This document shows, one piece after another, positions 26,935 through 37,319 of a stretch of DNA of 64,000 bases. Below the pieces are notes generated by a model that saw nothing but the letters and a program-made list of their open reading frames with translations, had not been told where the DNA came from and ran no database searches. Position 1 is the stretch's first letter, and each line of letters begins with the position of its first letter. The translations under genes and the position numbers were made by a program. The stretch lies in contig OY782041.1 in NCBI GenBank assembly GCA_963677595.1, forward strand, positions 576,001 through 640,000, given 5' to 3'. This stretch comes from Spirochaetia bacterium (GTDB lineage: Bacteria; Spirochaetota; Spirochaetia; CAKZLE01).

Positions 26935-28449
26935 TCAGTCTGCCCAGTCCAGGGTCCTCTCTACCGCCTTGTGCCAGAACCTGATCTTCTCTTCCCGCAT
27001 ACCGGCATCCATGTCCGGCACCCAACGCTTCTTCTCCTTCCATTGGGAGGAGAGCTCGTCGGTATCCTTCCAGAAGCCGGTCGTCAGTCCCGCAGCATAG
27101 GCTGAGCCGAGCGCGGTCGTCTCCGCGACTGCCGGCCGTATCACCGGTATATTCAGGATGTCAGCCTGGAACTGCATGAGCGGCCTGCTGTTGATCAGCC
27201 CGCCGTCCACCTTCAGTTCAGTGATCCTGATCCCCGAGTCAGCTTCCATCGCATGGAAGATATCGTTCGCCTGGAATGCCGTCGCCTCCAGGACCGCCCG
27301 CGCGATATGGGCTGAGGTCGCATAGCCGGTCAGCCCGCAGATGACCCCCCGTGCATCCGAGCGCCAGTAGGGTGCGTACAGGCCGGCAAAGGCCGGTACG
27401 AAGTAGACCCCGCCGTTATCCTCGACCGTCTCGGCCAGGACATCGATCGCCGGGGCTGAATCCACGAGCCCGAGGTTGTCCCGAGTCCACTGTACCAGAG
27501 AACCCGCAACCGCGACCGATCCTTCCAGGGCATAGACGGGCCTCTTCCCCTCCTCCAGGTAGGCAACGGTCGTGAGCAGTCCTTGGGTCGAGTGGCAGAG
27601 TTCTTCTCCGATGTTCACCAGCATGAAGCAGCCGGTCCCGTAGGTGTTCTTCCCCATCCCCTTGGCGAAGCAGGCCTGCCCGAAGAGCGCCGCCTGCTGG
27701 TCCCCGAGGATCCCGCAGACGGGTATCTCCCCGCCGAAGGGCCCTGCTGCACTCGTCATCCCGTAGACCCGTCCCGTGGACGGCACGATCTGCGGCAGTG
27801 CCTGCCGCGGAACGCCGAAGGTCTCAAGCAGCCCATCGTCCCATGAGAGCGTCTCGATATCCATCAGCAGGTAGCGCGATGCGTTGCTCGCATCCGTGAT
27901 ATGGACACCCCCGTTCTTCCCACCGGTCAGGTTCCAAGCCAGCCAGGAGTCGATCGTCCCGAGCAGGAGCTCCCCGCTCTCAGCCTTCTCTTTCAGGCCA
28001 GAAACGTTATCAAGCAGCCAGCTGATCTTCGAGCCGGCAAAGTAGGGGCTCAAGGGGACCCCTGAGCGCTTCTGGATGGCCTCAGCCTTCCCGCTCTCTG
28101 TCAGGCTGTCGATGAGCTCCTTCCCCCGGAGGTCCTGCCAGACGATGGCATGGTGGTAGGGGATCCCCGTGCGGGGGTCCCAGGCGACCACCGTCTCCCG
28201 CTGGTTGGTGATCCCGATCCCGGAGATATCCTCCGCGGTCGCACCGACAGCTTTAAGGGTCTCCCGGATGACCTCCTGTGAGCGCTCCCAGATTTCCAGG
28301 GCATCATGCTCGACCCAGCCCGGTTTCGGGTAGATCTGTTTATGTTCCAGTTGGTGTGACGCCGCTATCTGCCCGTCATGATCGAACAGTATGAATCTTG
28401 TGCTGGTCGTCCCCTGGTCAAGGGACCCTGCATACCTCTTTTCCGCCAT
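26935..28449 (-). CDS. glpK: Glycerol kinase
   Basis: DQGTTSTR, TNQRET, GDQQAALFGQ and KNTYGTG motifs. Confidence 0.96.
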   Translation of the reverse strand: MAEKRYAGSLDQGTTSTRFILFDHDGQIAASHQLEHKQIYPKPGWVEHDALEIWERSQEVIRETLKAVGATAEDISGIGITNQRETVVAWDPRTGIPYHHAIVWQDLRGKELIDSLTESGKAEAIQKRSGVPLSPYFAGSKISWLLDNVSGLKEKAESGELLLGTIDSWLAWNLTGGKNGGVHITDASNASRYLLMDIETLSWDDGLLETFGVPRQALPQIVPSTGRVYGMTSAAGPFGGEIPVCGILGDQQAALFGQACFAKGMGKNTYGTGCFMLVNIGEELCHSTQGLLTTVAYLEEGKRPVYALEGSVAVAGSLVQWTRDNLGLVDSAPAIDVLAETVEDNGGVYFVPAFAGLYAPYWRSDARGVICGLTGYATSAHIARAVLEATAFQANDIFHAMEADSGIRITELKVDGGLINSRPLMQFQADILNIPVIRPAVAETTALGSAYAAGLTTGFWKDTDELSSQWKEKKRWVPDMDAGMREEKIRFWHKAVERTLDWAD

Positions 28450-28526
28450 TCGTACAAGCTCCTATTTTATTGATGTGTTGGACTCTCATTATATAGCCAT
28501 ACCTACGGTTCTGAAAAGGGCAAGAA

Positions 28527-28949
28527 TCAATCAGCCGTATCCCCGTCCCGCTTCCGGACCCAAACATGGTAGGCATCGACCAGCCGGCGCATGATGACTG
28601 ATCCCATCAGGGCCCCGATGAGGTCTGAGAGGAGATCCAGCAGTTCCATGCTCCTGCCGGTCAGCGGCTGCACCAGTTCGATGGCTCCCCCGAGCAGGGT
28701 GCAGTAGGCAATGGTCAGGAGGATCTTCATACCGGTCCTCTCCACGAGTGCATTATGGAGGAAGGAGAGGAAGAGGTATGTCAGTGCCCCGAGAACGGCG
28801 TAGCCGAACCAGTGGGCGAGCTTGTCGTTGATGGTGTGCCCGCCCATGACCCTGTCAGCCGGCAGCAGTGACAGGACCAGGATCCCGAGGTTCACCCCGA
28901 CCCAGAGGATGGTGCTTATGATCCTGATGACCTTATGACGTTTCAACAT
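28527..28949 (-). CDS. VanZ family membrane protein
   Basis: DKLAHWFGY and IELVQ..GR..E..D motifs; four TM segments. Confidence 0.85.
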   Translation of the reverse strand: MLKRHKVIRIISTILWVGVNLGILVLSLLPADRVMGGHTINDKLAHWFGYAVLGALTYLFLSFLHNALVERTGMKILLTIAYCTLLGGAIELVQPLTGRSMELLDLLSDLIGALMGSVIMRRLVDAYHVWVRKRDGDTAD

Positions 28950-29962
28950 TGGATAGTACTCCCTGTGTGGATCCCCTGGCAGGTCTTCCTTCGTGACATC
29001 TCCGCCTCGAGCTGCTGCACGAAGGATCCCTTCGCCCCGAACCGGAGCGGTGCGGCAAGTCGGTGTGCCGGGGTATCGCAGACCACCCGCCCGATGATGA
29101 TATCATCAGGGATCCGTTCGAGGAAGAAGATCGTATTGGAGAGGTGCCGCTTCACTGAAGGCGGGCAGAACTCCCCGGCAAGGTACTGCCGGTACATCCT
29201 CGTACGTATCGGTATGTGCAGGTTATGGATCTTCACGGCATCCGGATGGATCTCCCTGACCACCTCTGCGGTCCGGGATACCTGGTCATATCCCTCACCC
29301 GGCAGGCCAAGGATCACATGGAGAGAGACCTTGATCCCCCTGGCACGGAGTATGGAGACAGCAGTAGAGCACTCCCCTACGGTATGGCCGCGCCTGATAA
29401 GCCCTAAGGTCTCATCATTCCCGCTCTGCAGCCCGAGTTCCACCCAGACATCCTGCAGGCTGCCGCCACGATACGATGCGATCAGGTCAGCGTTGGCTTC
29501 CGTGATGCAGTCAGGTCTCGTCGCGATGATGAACTCGGTGAACTCTTCCTGGGATAGCGCATGGTCATAGATCTCTTTAAGCTCAGCCAGGGGGGCGAAG
29601 GTATTTGAGTAGGACTGCAGGTAGAGGATGAACCTCTCTGCACGATAGCGCCTGCACAGGAACGCTATACCCGTTCTCACCTGCTCGGTGATCGAGGTTT
29701 TGCGCATCTCCATGGACAGGGGGCCTTCCGGGCACCCCGCTCCTTCAAGCAGCTCCTCGCTGATCCTCCCGGTCCTGGCCATACCGCTCTCTGACGAACG
29801 GTGGTAGACGGCTGTGGCCCCGAGGTCATCGCAGTAGGTGCAGCCGCCGTGCCGGTCGCTCCCCCGGTTGGGGCAGCTGAATCCTGCATCGACCCCGATC
29901 CGGTAGGTTGGGACATCATAGAGATCCTTCAGATACGACTTGTATGTTCTGTACGGCTCGAT
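28943..29962 (-). CDS. TIGR01212/YhcC-family radical SAM protein (probable ATC start)
   Basis: Frame is open upstream of the listed ORF and carries DAGFSCPNR...GGCTYC; also TRPDC and ELGLQS motifs. Confidence 0.88.
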   Translation of the reverse strand: MEPYRTYKSYLKDLYDVPTYRIGVDAGFSCPNRGSDRHGGCTYCDDLGATAVYHRSSESGMARTGRISEELLEGAGCPEGPLSMEMRKTSITEQVRTGIAFLCRRYRAERFILYLQSYSNTFAPLAELKEIYDHALSQEEFTEFIIATRPDCITEANADLIASYRGGSLQDVWVELGLQSGNDETLGLIRRGHTVGECSTAVSILRARGIKVSLHVILGLPGEGYDQVSRTAEVVREIHPDAVKIHNLHIPIRTRMYRQYLAGEFCPPSVKRHLSNTIFFLERIPDDIIIGRVVCDTPAHRLAAPLRFGAKGSFVQQLEAEMSRRKTCQGIHTGSTIQC

Positions 29963-30149
29963 AGTACGCTCCTGCCACCAGTGTTCAAGGCGTGATTATA
30001 CCACTCCTCCCTGATGCATGTCCATCAGCCTGCAGGCAGCGCTGTCACGGTCCCTGGGTAGAATTGCCTATACCGCCGGAATGATTCATTATGGGGTATT
30101 CCTTGACAAACTGTCAGAAAACAGTACCTTCAATAGCAGGAGACATGAG

Positions 30150-31808
30150 ATGGATGAGAGAAACGTGAGAACACTCCTGGACCTGGTCGTCCAGGCTGAC
30201 AGAGAGCTCGGGGATGCCCCGGCCCTCGCCTTCGTGGGCGAAGAACCCTGGAGCTACCATGAAGTCTATTCGGCAGCCAGTACCCTGGCCGGCCAGATTC
30301 GCGAGAAGGGGATCAAGCGCGGGGACCGGGTTGCCTTACTTGCCGAGAGTTCCCCGCGATGGGGCATCGCCTATTTTGCGGGAATCCTCTCCGGGGCAGT
30401 CATGGTCCCGATCCTGCCCGATTTCCACGAGCAGGAGATCCGCTCCATCCTCGAACACAGTGAGGCATCCTTACTGCTCATCAGCAGTAAGCTGGGGCAG
30501 CGGTTCTCCCCTGAACAGGCCGGGCTGCCGAGCTTCGTGCTGGAGGAGGCCATCGGCAAAGCCGCAGATCCAGTCGAGCTCGAACTCCCGGTTATCGCCC
30601 CGGATGACCTGGCCTGCATCATCTATACCTCAGGGACGACCGGCAACTCCAAGGGAGTCATGCTCACCCACGATAATATCATCTGCAATGCCTGGACCGC
30701 AGAGAAGATCCCCAACTGGACCGAGACGACCAACGCCCTCTCCGTGCTTCCCCTGGCGCATACCTATGAGTTCACGATCGGGTTCGTCATCATCCTCCTG
30801 AAGGGAGGGACGGTCTTCTACCTGAAGAGACCGCCTTCTGCAAGCGTGCTCATCCCTGCCCTGAAGAAGGTACGGCCGCAGATCATGCTATCGGTACCGC
30901 TGCTGATCGAGAAACTCCACGCCGGCATCATGAAGACGAAGGTCAATAACAGGAAGCTCCTGAAGGTGCTGTATACCCTTCCCCCGACCAGGAGACTGCT
31001 GAACAAGGTCATCGGGAAGAGCCTCATGGAGACCTTCGGGGGGAATCTCCACTTCTTCGGTATTGGCGGGGCTCCGCTCTCGAAGGAGACCGAGGTCTTC
31101 CTCCGTGAAGCAGGGTTCCCCTTCTCCATCGGCTACGGGCTGACCGAGACTTCCCCGCTTGTGGCGGGCGGCCTGAGTGCCGACATACCGTTCGGCTCTA
31201 CCGGGCCGGTCCTCCCGAACCTCGAGTACGAACTGCGCCGCAGCGAAGATTCCGGGAAGGACGGGGAACTCTTCGTCAGGGGACCAAGCATCATGCAAGG
31301 GTACTACAACGACCCCGAAAGGACTGCAGAGGTACTCTCTGACGACGGCTGGTTCAGGACAGGGGATCTTGGAAGGATCTCGTCTGACGGTTCCCTGACC
31401 ATCTCCGGGAGGGCGAAGACCATGATCCTCGGGTCGAACGGGGAGAACATCTACCCCGAACAGATCGAGTCGGTCATCAACTCCCAGGACTATGTACTGG
31501 AATCGCTGGTGACCCAGGATACGAAGACCAAGGGACTCGTTGCCCTGATCCACCTCGATTATGACCAGTTCAGGGATTCGCTCAAGGAGGGAAGGATCCT
31601 CAGGGAGCTCCACCACCTCGAACAGCGGTTTCTTCACAGGGGGGAGGAATCGTTCGAGGAGCAGGTCAACAGGTACCTGCAGGAGATGCTTTCAGCCGTG
31701 AATCGGCAGCTGTCTGTCATCTCGAAGCTCTCACAGGCTGTCGAGCAGAAGGACCCCTTCGTGAGGACACCGACACAGAAGATAAAACGGTTCCTCTACG
31801 AGATATAG
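30150..31808 (+). CDS. Long-chain acyl-CoA synthetase
   Basis: YTSGTTGNSKG, GYGLTET and WFRTGD motifs; start placed after AGGAG. Confidence 0.93.
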   Translation: MDERNVRTLLDLVVQADRELGDAPALAFVGEEPWSYHEVYSAASTLAGQIREKGIKRGDRVALLAESSPRWGIAYFAGILSGAVMVPILPDFHEQEIRSILEHSEASLLLISSKLGQRFSPEQAGLPSFVLEEAIGKAADPVELELPVIAPDDLACIIYTSGTTGNSKGVMLTHDNIICNAWTAEKIPNWTETTNALSVLPLAHTYEFTIGFVIILLKGGTVFYLKRPPSASVLIPALKKVRPQIMLSVPLLIEKLHAGIMKTKVNNRKLLKVLYTLPPTRRLLNKVIGKSLMETFGGNLHFFGIGGAPLSKETEVFLREAGFPFSIGYGLTETSPLVAGGLSADIPFGSTGPVLPNLEYELRRSEDSGKDGELFVRGPSIMQGYYNDPERTAEVLSDDGWFRTGDLGRISSDGSLTISGRAKTMILGSNGENIYPEQIESVINSQDYVLESLVTQDTKTKGLVALIHLDYDQFRDSLKEGRILRELHHLEQRFLHRGEESFEEQVNRYLQEMLSAVNRQLSVISKLSQAVEQKDPFVRTPTQKIKRFLYEI

Positions 31809-31925
31809 CCGCCTCACAGGCAAGATCATGTAACTCTTCACGGCATAACCAATTCTCAAAACTACAGTTGACAGTTCAGGCTTTCTGTTGTAAGGTTGAA
31901 TCAATAAGATAAATAGGGGGTTTTT

Positions 31926-33020
31926 ATGGCCACTGTAGTTTTGAAGGACATCACTAAGATCTATGATGGTGGTGTCAAAGCGGTTGACAGCGTCAATGTC
32001 AACATCGAAGACCAGGAGTTCGTCGTACTCGTAGGTCCGTCAGGTTGTGGTAAATCTACTACATTGAGAATGGTTGCAGGGCTCGAGGATATCTCAAGCG
32101 GTGAACTGACTATCGACGGGAAGGTCGTCAATGACGTACCGCCGAAAGACAGGGATATCGCGATGGTATTCCAGAACTATGCGCTCTATCCTCATATGAG
32201 TGTGTACGACAACATGGCATTTGGACTCAAGATCCGGAAGTTCCCGAAAGAGGAGATCGAGCAGAGAGTAAAAGAAGCTGCAAGGATCCTCGACATCGAG
32301 GAGCTTCTTGACAGGAAGCCGAAGGCACTTTCCGGTGGACAGAGACAGCGAGTCGCTGTAGGCCGGGCGATCGTCCGACAGCCGAAGGTGTTCCTGTTCG
32401 ATGAGCCGCTCTCGAACCTGGATGCGAAGCTGCGAGTCCAGATGCGTGCAGAGATCTCATCTCTTCACAGCAGGCTGAAGGCTACCATGATCTACGTCAC
32501 CCACGACCAGGTCGAAGCTATGACCATGGCGGACAAGATCGTAGTCATGAAGTTCGGCGTCATCCAGCAGATCGGAAGCCCGCTCGAGCTCTACAACGAA
32601 CCGGCTAACAAGTTCGTGGCAGGGTTCATCGGGTCACCACCAATGAACTTCCTCAATGCGAAGATCGTCATGGAAGGCGATACCATGGTCGCAGACGAGG
32701 GAGACTTCAGGATCAAACTCAACGATGCACAGAAGAAGCTTCTCAAGGACTATGTCGGTAAGGAAGTCGTCTTCGGTATCAGGCCAGAGGACATCTATGC
32801 TGCTCCCAAGGCAGTAGAAGATGAGACGATCAACGCTGAAGTGACTGTCGTCGAGCCGCTCGGAGCTGAGACTCACGTATACATCAATACGAAGAGCCAC
32901 CAGCTGATCGCACGACTCGAGCCGTCCGTTATGGTAACGGTCGGACAGCAGGTAAGCTTCAAGCCGGACCTGGAGAAGGTCACCTTCTTCGACGGGGAGA
33001 CTGAGATCGCGATCCGATAA
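31926..33020 (+). CDS. Stand-alone sugar ABC ATPase (MsmX/MalK type)
   Basis: GPSGCGKS, VFQNYALYPH and LSGGQRQR motifs; TOBE-like C-terminus; no adjacent permease. Confidence 0.95.
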   Translation: MATVVLKDITKIYDGGVKAVDSVNVNIEDQEFVVLVGPSGCGKSTTLRMVAGLEDISSGELTIDGKVVNDVPPKDRDIAMVFQNYALYPHMSVYDNMAFGLKIRKFPKEEIEQRVKEAARILDIEELLDRKPKALSGGQRQRVAVGRAIVRQPKVFLFDEPLSNLDAKLRVQMRAEISSLHSRLKATMIYVTHDQVEAMTMADKIVVMKFGVIQQIGSPLELYNEPANKFVAGFIGSPPMNFLNAKIVMEGDTMVADEGDFRIKLNDAQKKLLKDYVGKEVVFGIRPEDIYAAPKAVEDETINAEVTVVEPLGAETHVYINTKSHQLIARLEPSVMVTVGQQVSFKPDLEKVTFFDGETEIAIR

Positions 33021-33042
33021 CAGTCATTGATCCACTAGGAGA

Positions 33043-33072
33043 GACCAGTCATCGCATGATGACTGGTTTTTT
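33043..33072 (+). terminator. Rho-independent terminator
   Basis: ACCAGTCATC/GATGACTGGT stem followed by a T run. Confidence 0.8.
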
Positions 33073-33164
33073 CATGCCCTCATGCAAAGCAGGAAACTAA
33101 AAAACGGGATCCTGATCATCCTCACGACCAGGGTCCCGTCTACTATACCTTGCTTGAATTCCCG

Positions 33165-34487
33165 TTACTTCTTCAGTGCGAACGCATCCTCGATCGCCTG
33201 GTACATGACCTTCAGGGCATGCAGGTACTCATGGTCATAGACACCGATGATACAGGTGATCATCGATCCGCCATAGCTCAAGTACCTGATCGCGATCCCT
33301 TTTGTCGCTAGAGCTGAGGAGACCACGCCAAGGACACCCCGAGCCTCGTAGAGGCCCTCCCCCACGAGTCCGATCATGGCCAGTTTCTCTTCCGTGCAGA
33401 TCTGGTCGGGTTCGAGCTCTCGCTTGATCCTCTCCACGAGGTCCGGTTCGTTCTGCAGCAGCTCCTGCCTGAAGTAGCAGGAGAGGGAGTCGAACCCGTC
33501 CGAGGAGAACTCAGGCACGATCCCGTAGACTTTCAGGATGGTCTCGAGCTTCAGCTTGTAGTCTGCCTCCTTGTTGAGGAAGTGCTTCGTGATGTGGAGC
33601 CTGCAGTAGCCACGTTTCCCGGAGATCCCGACGATCGGGAGGACATCGGTATTGGACCGTTCTGGCATCATCATGGTGCCTGAACCCTGCGGGTCATTGG
33701 TATTCTTCACGCAGATCGGGATGCGCACCGACCGTACCGGGGCGATAGCCTCCTCATGGAAGACGTTCGCTCCGATGGATGCGAGCTCCCTGATCTCCTG
33801 GTAGGTCAGTTCATGGACCACCTCGGGATCATCGACGATCCTCGGATCAGCCATCTTGATGCCTGATACATCAGTCCAGTTCTCATAGAGATCAGCCCCG
33901 ACGCTCCGTGCAGCGATCGCCCCCGTGATGTCCGAGCCCCCGCGGGAGAAGGTCTTCACCTTCCCGTCAGGGCCAGAGCCGTAGAATCCCGGGATGATAT
34001 AGCGCTTGGTCAGGTCGATAGCGCCTGAGAGGAGCGTATAGGTCTTATCATTGACCGTCCCGTCCTTGTTGAGCAGGATATATTCTTGAGTATCGAGGAA
34101 CTCCCATCCGATACCGGCAGCGATGACCTGAGCACTGAGGAACTCACCCCTCGATGCAGCATAATCGGGACCGGCACCCCCTGCGATATTCTTCTCGATG
34201 AGGTCTATCTGCCTCGCGAGACCCTCTGTGGGGATCCCCAGGTCCTTCGCTATATCGAGGTAGCGGGTACGGATCTGGTCGAACTCACAGCCCCATGGAC
34301 TGCCATCCGAAGCCAGCCTCTGGCAGGTATACAGCATATCAGTGATCTTTATATCATCACTGTTCCGCTTCCCCGGAGCGGAGACGATGACGATCCGACG
34401 TTCCGGGTCCATCTCCAGGATCCCAGCGACCTTTCTGATCTGGTTGGAATCAGCTACGGAAGAACCACCGAATTTACATACTATCAT
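33165..34487 (-). CDS. lysC: Aspartate kinase
   Basis: KFGGSS, SAPGK, RGGSD and WTDVSG..ADPR motifs; ACT-like C-terminus. Confidence 0.93.
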   Translation of the reverse strand: MIVCKFGGSSVADSNQIRKVAGILEMDPERRIVIVSAPGKRNSDDIKITDMLYTCQRLASDGSPWGCEFDQIRTRYLDIAKDLGIPTEGLARQIDLIEKNIAGGAGPDYAASRGEFLSAQVIAAGIGWEFLDTQEYILLNKDGTVNDKTYTLLSGAIDLTKRYIIPGFYGSGPDGKVKTFSRGGSDITGAIAARSVGADLYENWTDVSGIKMADPRIVDDPEVVHELTYQEIRELASIGANVFHEEAIAPVRSVRIPICVKNTNDPQGSGTMMMPERSNTDVLPIVGISGKRGYCRLHITKHFLNKEADYKLKLETILKVYGIVPEFSSDGFDSLSCYFRQELLQNEPDLVERIKRELEPDQICTEEKLAMIGLVGEGLYEARGVLGVVSSALATKGIAIRYLSYGGSMITCIIGVYDHEYLHALKVMYQAIEDAFALKK

Positions 34488-34556
34488 TACTCATCCCTCT
34501 TTCTGGTTTTATGGAGATTGTAATGAGAACTGTGATTTAATGCAATGAGGCAACGC

Positions 34557-35126
34557 TCAGATCAGGATATCCTTCAGCTGCCGTTTGGGGACATGGTGGA
34601 CCCCCTCAGCATCCCGGTAGTAGGTGACGCTGTCTCCCGGGTTCTTCAGCCTGTCGATGATGACCCGCTCTCCCCTGAGGCCGACTGCGATGACGAGGAG
34701 GATGGTATACCTATCAGGGATGGAGAAATCCCTCCTCAGCTTCTCCCGGTCGATCGATGCGAGGATGCAGCTGCCGTACCCGAGGGTGGTAGCGCCGTAG
34801 GTGATCGTCGCCGCTGCGATGCCCGGGTCGAAATAGACCCGCTTGGTCACCTCAGTATCCTGCAGCATGAGGATGTACCCGGAGGGTCGTTCAGACTCTT
34901 CCGGACCATTCCAGGGCATGGCAGACCCCCAGGTCAGGGATCCGAAGAGGTTGTCCCGATCTCCTGCTGCCGTTATGATCCGGTATCGGAGCGGCTGCTG
35001 GTTCGCGGCAGAGGCTGTGTACCGGGTAAGGTCGATGAGCGAGAGAAGCTCATTGGGCGTGACGGATCTCTCCTGGCTGAAACGCCTGCAGCTGCGGGTA
35101 GCATGTACGATATCAGGATAATTCAT
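34557..35126 (-). CDS. Nitroreductase family protein
   Basis: RSCRRF, SAANQQP and VPKR motifs. Confidence 0.9.
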   Translation of the reverse strand: MNYPDIVHATRSCRRFSQERSVTPNELLSLIDLTRYTASAANQQPLRYRIITAAGDRDNLFGSLTWGSAMPWNGPEESERPSGYILMLQDTEVTKRVYFDPGIAAATITYGATTLGYGSCILASIDREKLRRDFSIPDRYTILLVIAVGLRGERVIIDRLKNPGDSVTYYRDAEGVHHVPKRQLKDILI

Positions 35127-35258
35127 AATGTGCCCCTTTTCGATACTCAGAATCGTAGCAGATGTGGGAGACTAATGCAAGTTTTACCTCAGAAACAGGA
35201 TCACCGCACAGCGGTGTCGTCTCTTGCAAAGAGGGCGAACATCCTATAGGCTGTCCCC

Positions 35259-35951
35259 ATGAATGAGATGAGTTTAACTGCGGCACAGCTGCAGGAGCGG
35301 ATAGCATATTTCAGCAGGCTGATCACGGAAGAACGGCTCGCCCGGATCAATGAGGTCCTCGACAGGAGGACCCGCTATGTGTCGGTCGTGCTCGAGGATA
35401 TCTTCCAGCCGCACAATGCCAGTGCAGTCCTGCGAAGCTGCGACGGGTTCGGGGTCCAGGACGTCCATATCATAGAGAACCGGAACCATTTCAAGACGAA
35501 CAGCAGCATCGAGCTCGGCACCGCCCAATGGCTCTCGATCCACCGCCACCGGGACCGGCAGGCGAACAACACGATCGAGACGATCAAAGCCCTCAAGGCT
35601 GACGGCTACCGGGTCATCGCGACGAGTCCCCACCATGATGATGTGAACCTGGAGGCACTTGACGTTGCGAAGGGCCCGATGGCGATCATGTTTGGTACCG
35701 AGCTCACCGGCTTGAGCGAAGATGCACTCGTCCATGCAGATGAGTTCATGAAGATCCCCATGTACGGTTTCGTCGAGAGTTTCAACATCTCGGTCTCCTG
35801 TGCGATAACCCTGCACCATATAACCCATGTCCTGCGAGCTTCAGGGGTCGACATCTCCCTGGGCGAGGAGGAGCGGCTCGAGCTTCTCTACCGCTGGGTC
35901 AGGAACAGTATCAAGCACCCAGAGCTCCATGAGGGGAACTTCTCAACCTAA
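35259..35951 (+). CDS. trmH: TrmH/SpoU tRNA methyltransferase
   Basis: PHNASAVLRSCD, FGTE..G and IPMYGFVESFNISV motifs. Confidence 0.9.
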   Translation: MNEMSLTAAQLQERIAYFSRLITEERLARINEVLDRRTRYVSVVLEDIFQPHNASAVLRSCDGFGVQDVHIIENRNHFKTNSSIELGTAQWLSIHRHRDRQANNTIETIKALKADGYRVIATSPHHDDVNLEALDVAKGPMAIMFGTELTGLSEDALVHADEFMKIPMYGFVESFNISVSCAITLHHITHVLRASGVDISLGEEERLELLYRWVRNSIKHPELHEGNFST

Positions 35952-36038
35952 GATTTACCTGCACTTTCACGGTTTTTACATGACTTCCTCTGCTTCATGG
36001 GCTAAAATGAGTACAAACGTCTCCATGGAGCATGATGT

Positions 36039-37319
36039 ATGAAAGATTCGAAACGATCCATCTGGTCTTGGGCTTTCTATGACTGGGCGAACAGTGCATT
36101 CGCGACGACCGTCATGGCAGGTTTCTTCCCTGTCTTCTTCAAGGCCTACTGGTCGACCGGCTCGTCGGTGCAGCAGAGCACCTTCTATCTGGGGCTCGCC
36201 AACTCGATCGCCTCGATCCTGGTCGCAGCCTTAGCCCCGATCCTCGGGGCGATCGCCGACAGGGGAAGCATGAAGAAACGACTCCTGATCTTCTTCGCCT
36301 ATCTCGGCTGCATCATGACCGGCGGCCTCTGGTTCGTGCAGGCAGGCTTATGGCCAATGGCCATCATCTTCTACATCACGGCAACCGTCGGGTTCTCCGG
36401 AGCGAACATCTTCTATGACTCCCTCCTCCCGGCAGTAGCATCACCGAAGAGGATCGACTACACCTCCTCCCTGGGGTTCGGCCTCGGGTATATCGGGGGC
36501 GGGTTGCTCTTCCTCATCAATGTGGTCATGTACCTGAAGCCGTCACTCTTCGGTATCGCCGATGACGTCACTGCCATCAGGATCTCCTTCCTGACCGTGG
36601 CTGTCTGGTGGGCTCTCTTCACGATCCCGATCATGCTCTTCGTCAAGGAGCCTGAGATCTATGAGAAGATCCCTGCATCTCAGGCTATCCGGGAAGGGTT
36701 CAGGCAGCTCGGCCATACGTTCAGAGAGATCCGGCACCTCAAGGTCGTCGGGGTCTTCCTCATAGCTTACTGGCTCTACATCGACGGTGTGGACACGATC
36801 GTGAGGATGGCAGTCGACTACGGGACCTCCATCGGCTTCCCGGCGGAATCACTCATCGTGGCGCTGCTGCTCGTCCAGTTCGTGGCCTTCCCTGCTACCC
36901 TGCTCTACAACCTCTTCGGGAAGCACATCGGGGTGAAGAAAGCCCTCCTCGTGGCCATAGCGGGCTACTCGATCATCGCAGTCTTCGGGTTCTTCATGGC
37001 AGAGACCTGGCACTTCTATGCCCTTGCAGTAGCCATCGGCCTCTTCCAGGGCGGTATCCAGGCATTGAGCAGGAGTTTCTACACGAGGCTGATCCCGGAA
37101 GAGCAGTCGGCCGAGTTCTTCGGGTTCTTCAACCTGCTCGGGAAGTTCGCCGCTGTCATCGGGCCGGTCCTCATGGGGACTGTCACGCTCATAACCGGGA
37201 GTAACCGGCTCGGGATCCTCTCCCTCGTCGTCCTCTTCATCGCCGGCGGCCTGATCCTGCTGAGAGTTGATGAGGCTGAAGGGGTGAGGAACCTGGCAGC
37301 CTATCGGGAGAACACATAA
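36039..37319 (+). CDS. MFS transporter (UMF1/Atg22-like)
   Basis: WAFYDWANS motif, about 12 TM segments, QALSRS motif. Confidence 0.9.
   Translation: MKDSKRSIWSWAFYDWANSAFATTVMAGFFPVFFKAYWSTGSSVQQSTFYLGLANSIASILVAALAPILGAIADRGSMKKRLLIFFAYLGCIMTGGLWFVQAGLWPMAIIFYITATVGFSGANIFYDSLLPAVASPKRIDYTSSLGFGLGYIGGGLLFLINVVMYLKPSLFGIADDVTAIRISFLTVAVWWALFTIPIMLFVKEPEIYEKIPASQAIREGFRQLGHTFREIRHLKVVGVFLIAYWLYIDGVDTIVRMAVDYGTSIGFPAESLIVALLLVQFVAFPATLLYNLFGKHIGVKKALLVAIAGYSIIAVFGFFMAETWHFYALAVAIGLFQGGIQALSRSFYTRLIPEEQSAEFFGFFNLLGKFAAVIGPVLMGTVTLITGSNRLGILSLVVLFIAGGLILLRVDEAEGVRNLAAYRENT

Noticed and set aside
30018-30149. Upstream extension of the acyl-CoA synthetase
   Set aside because: It contains a TTGACA promoter element and the AGGAG RBS; the true start is likely 30150.
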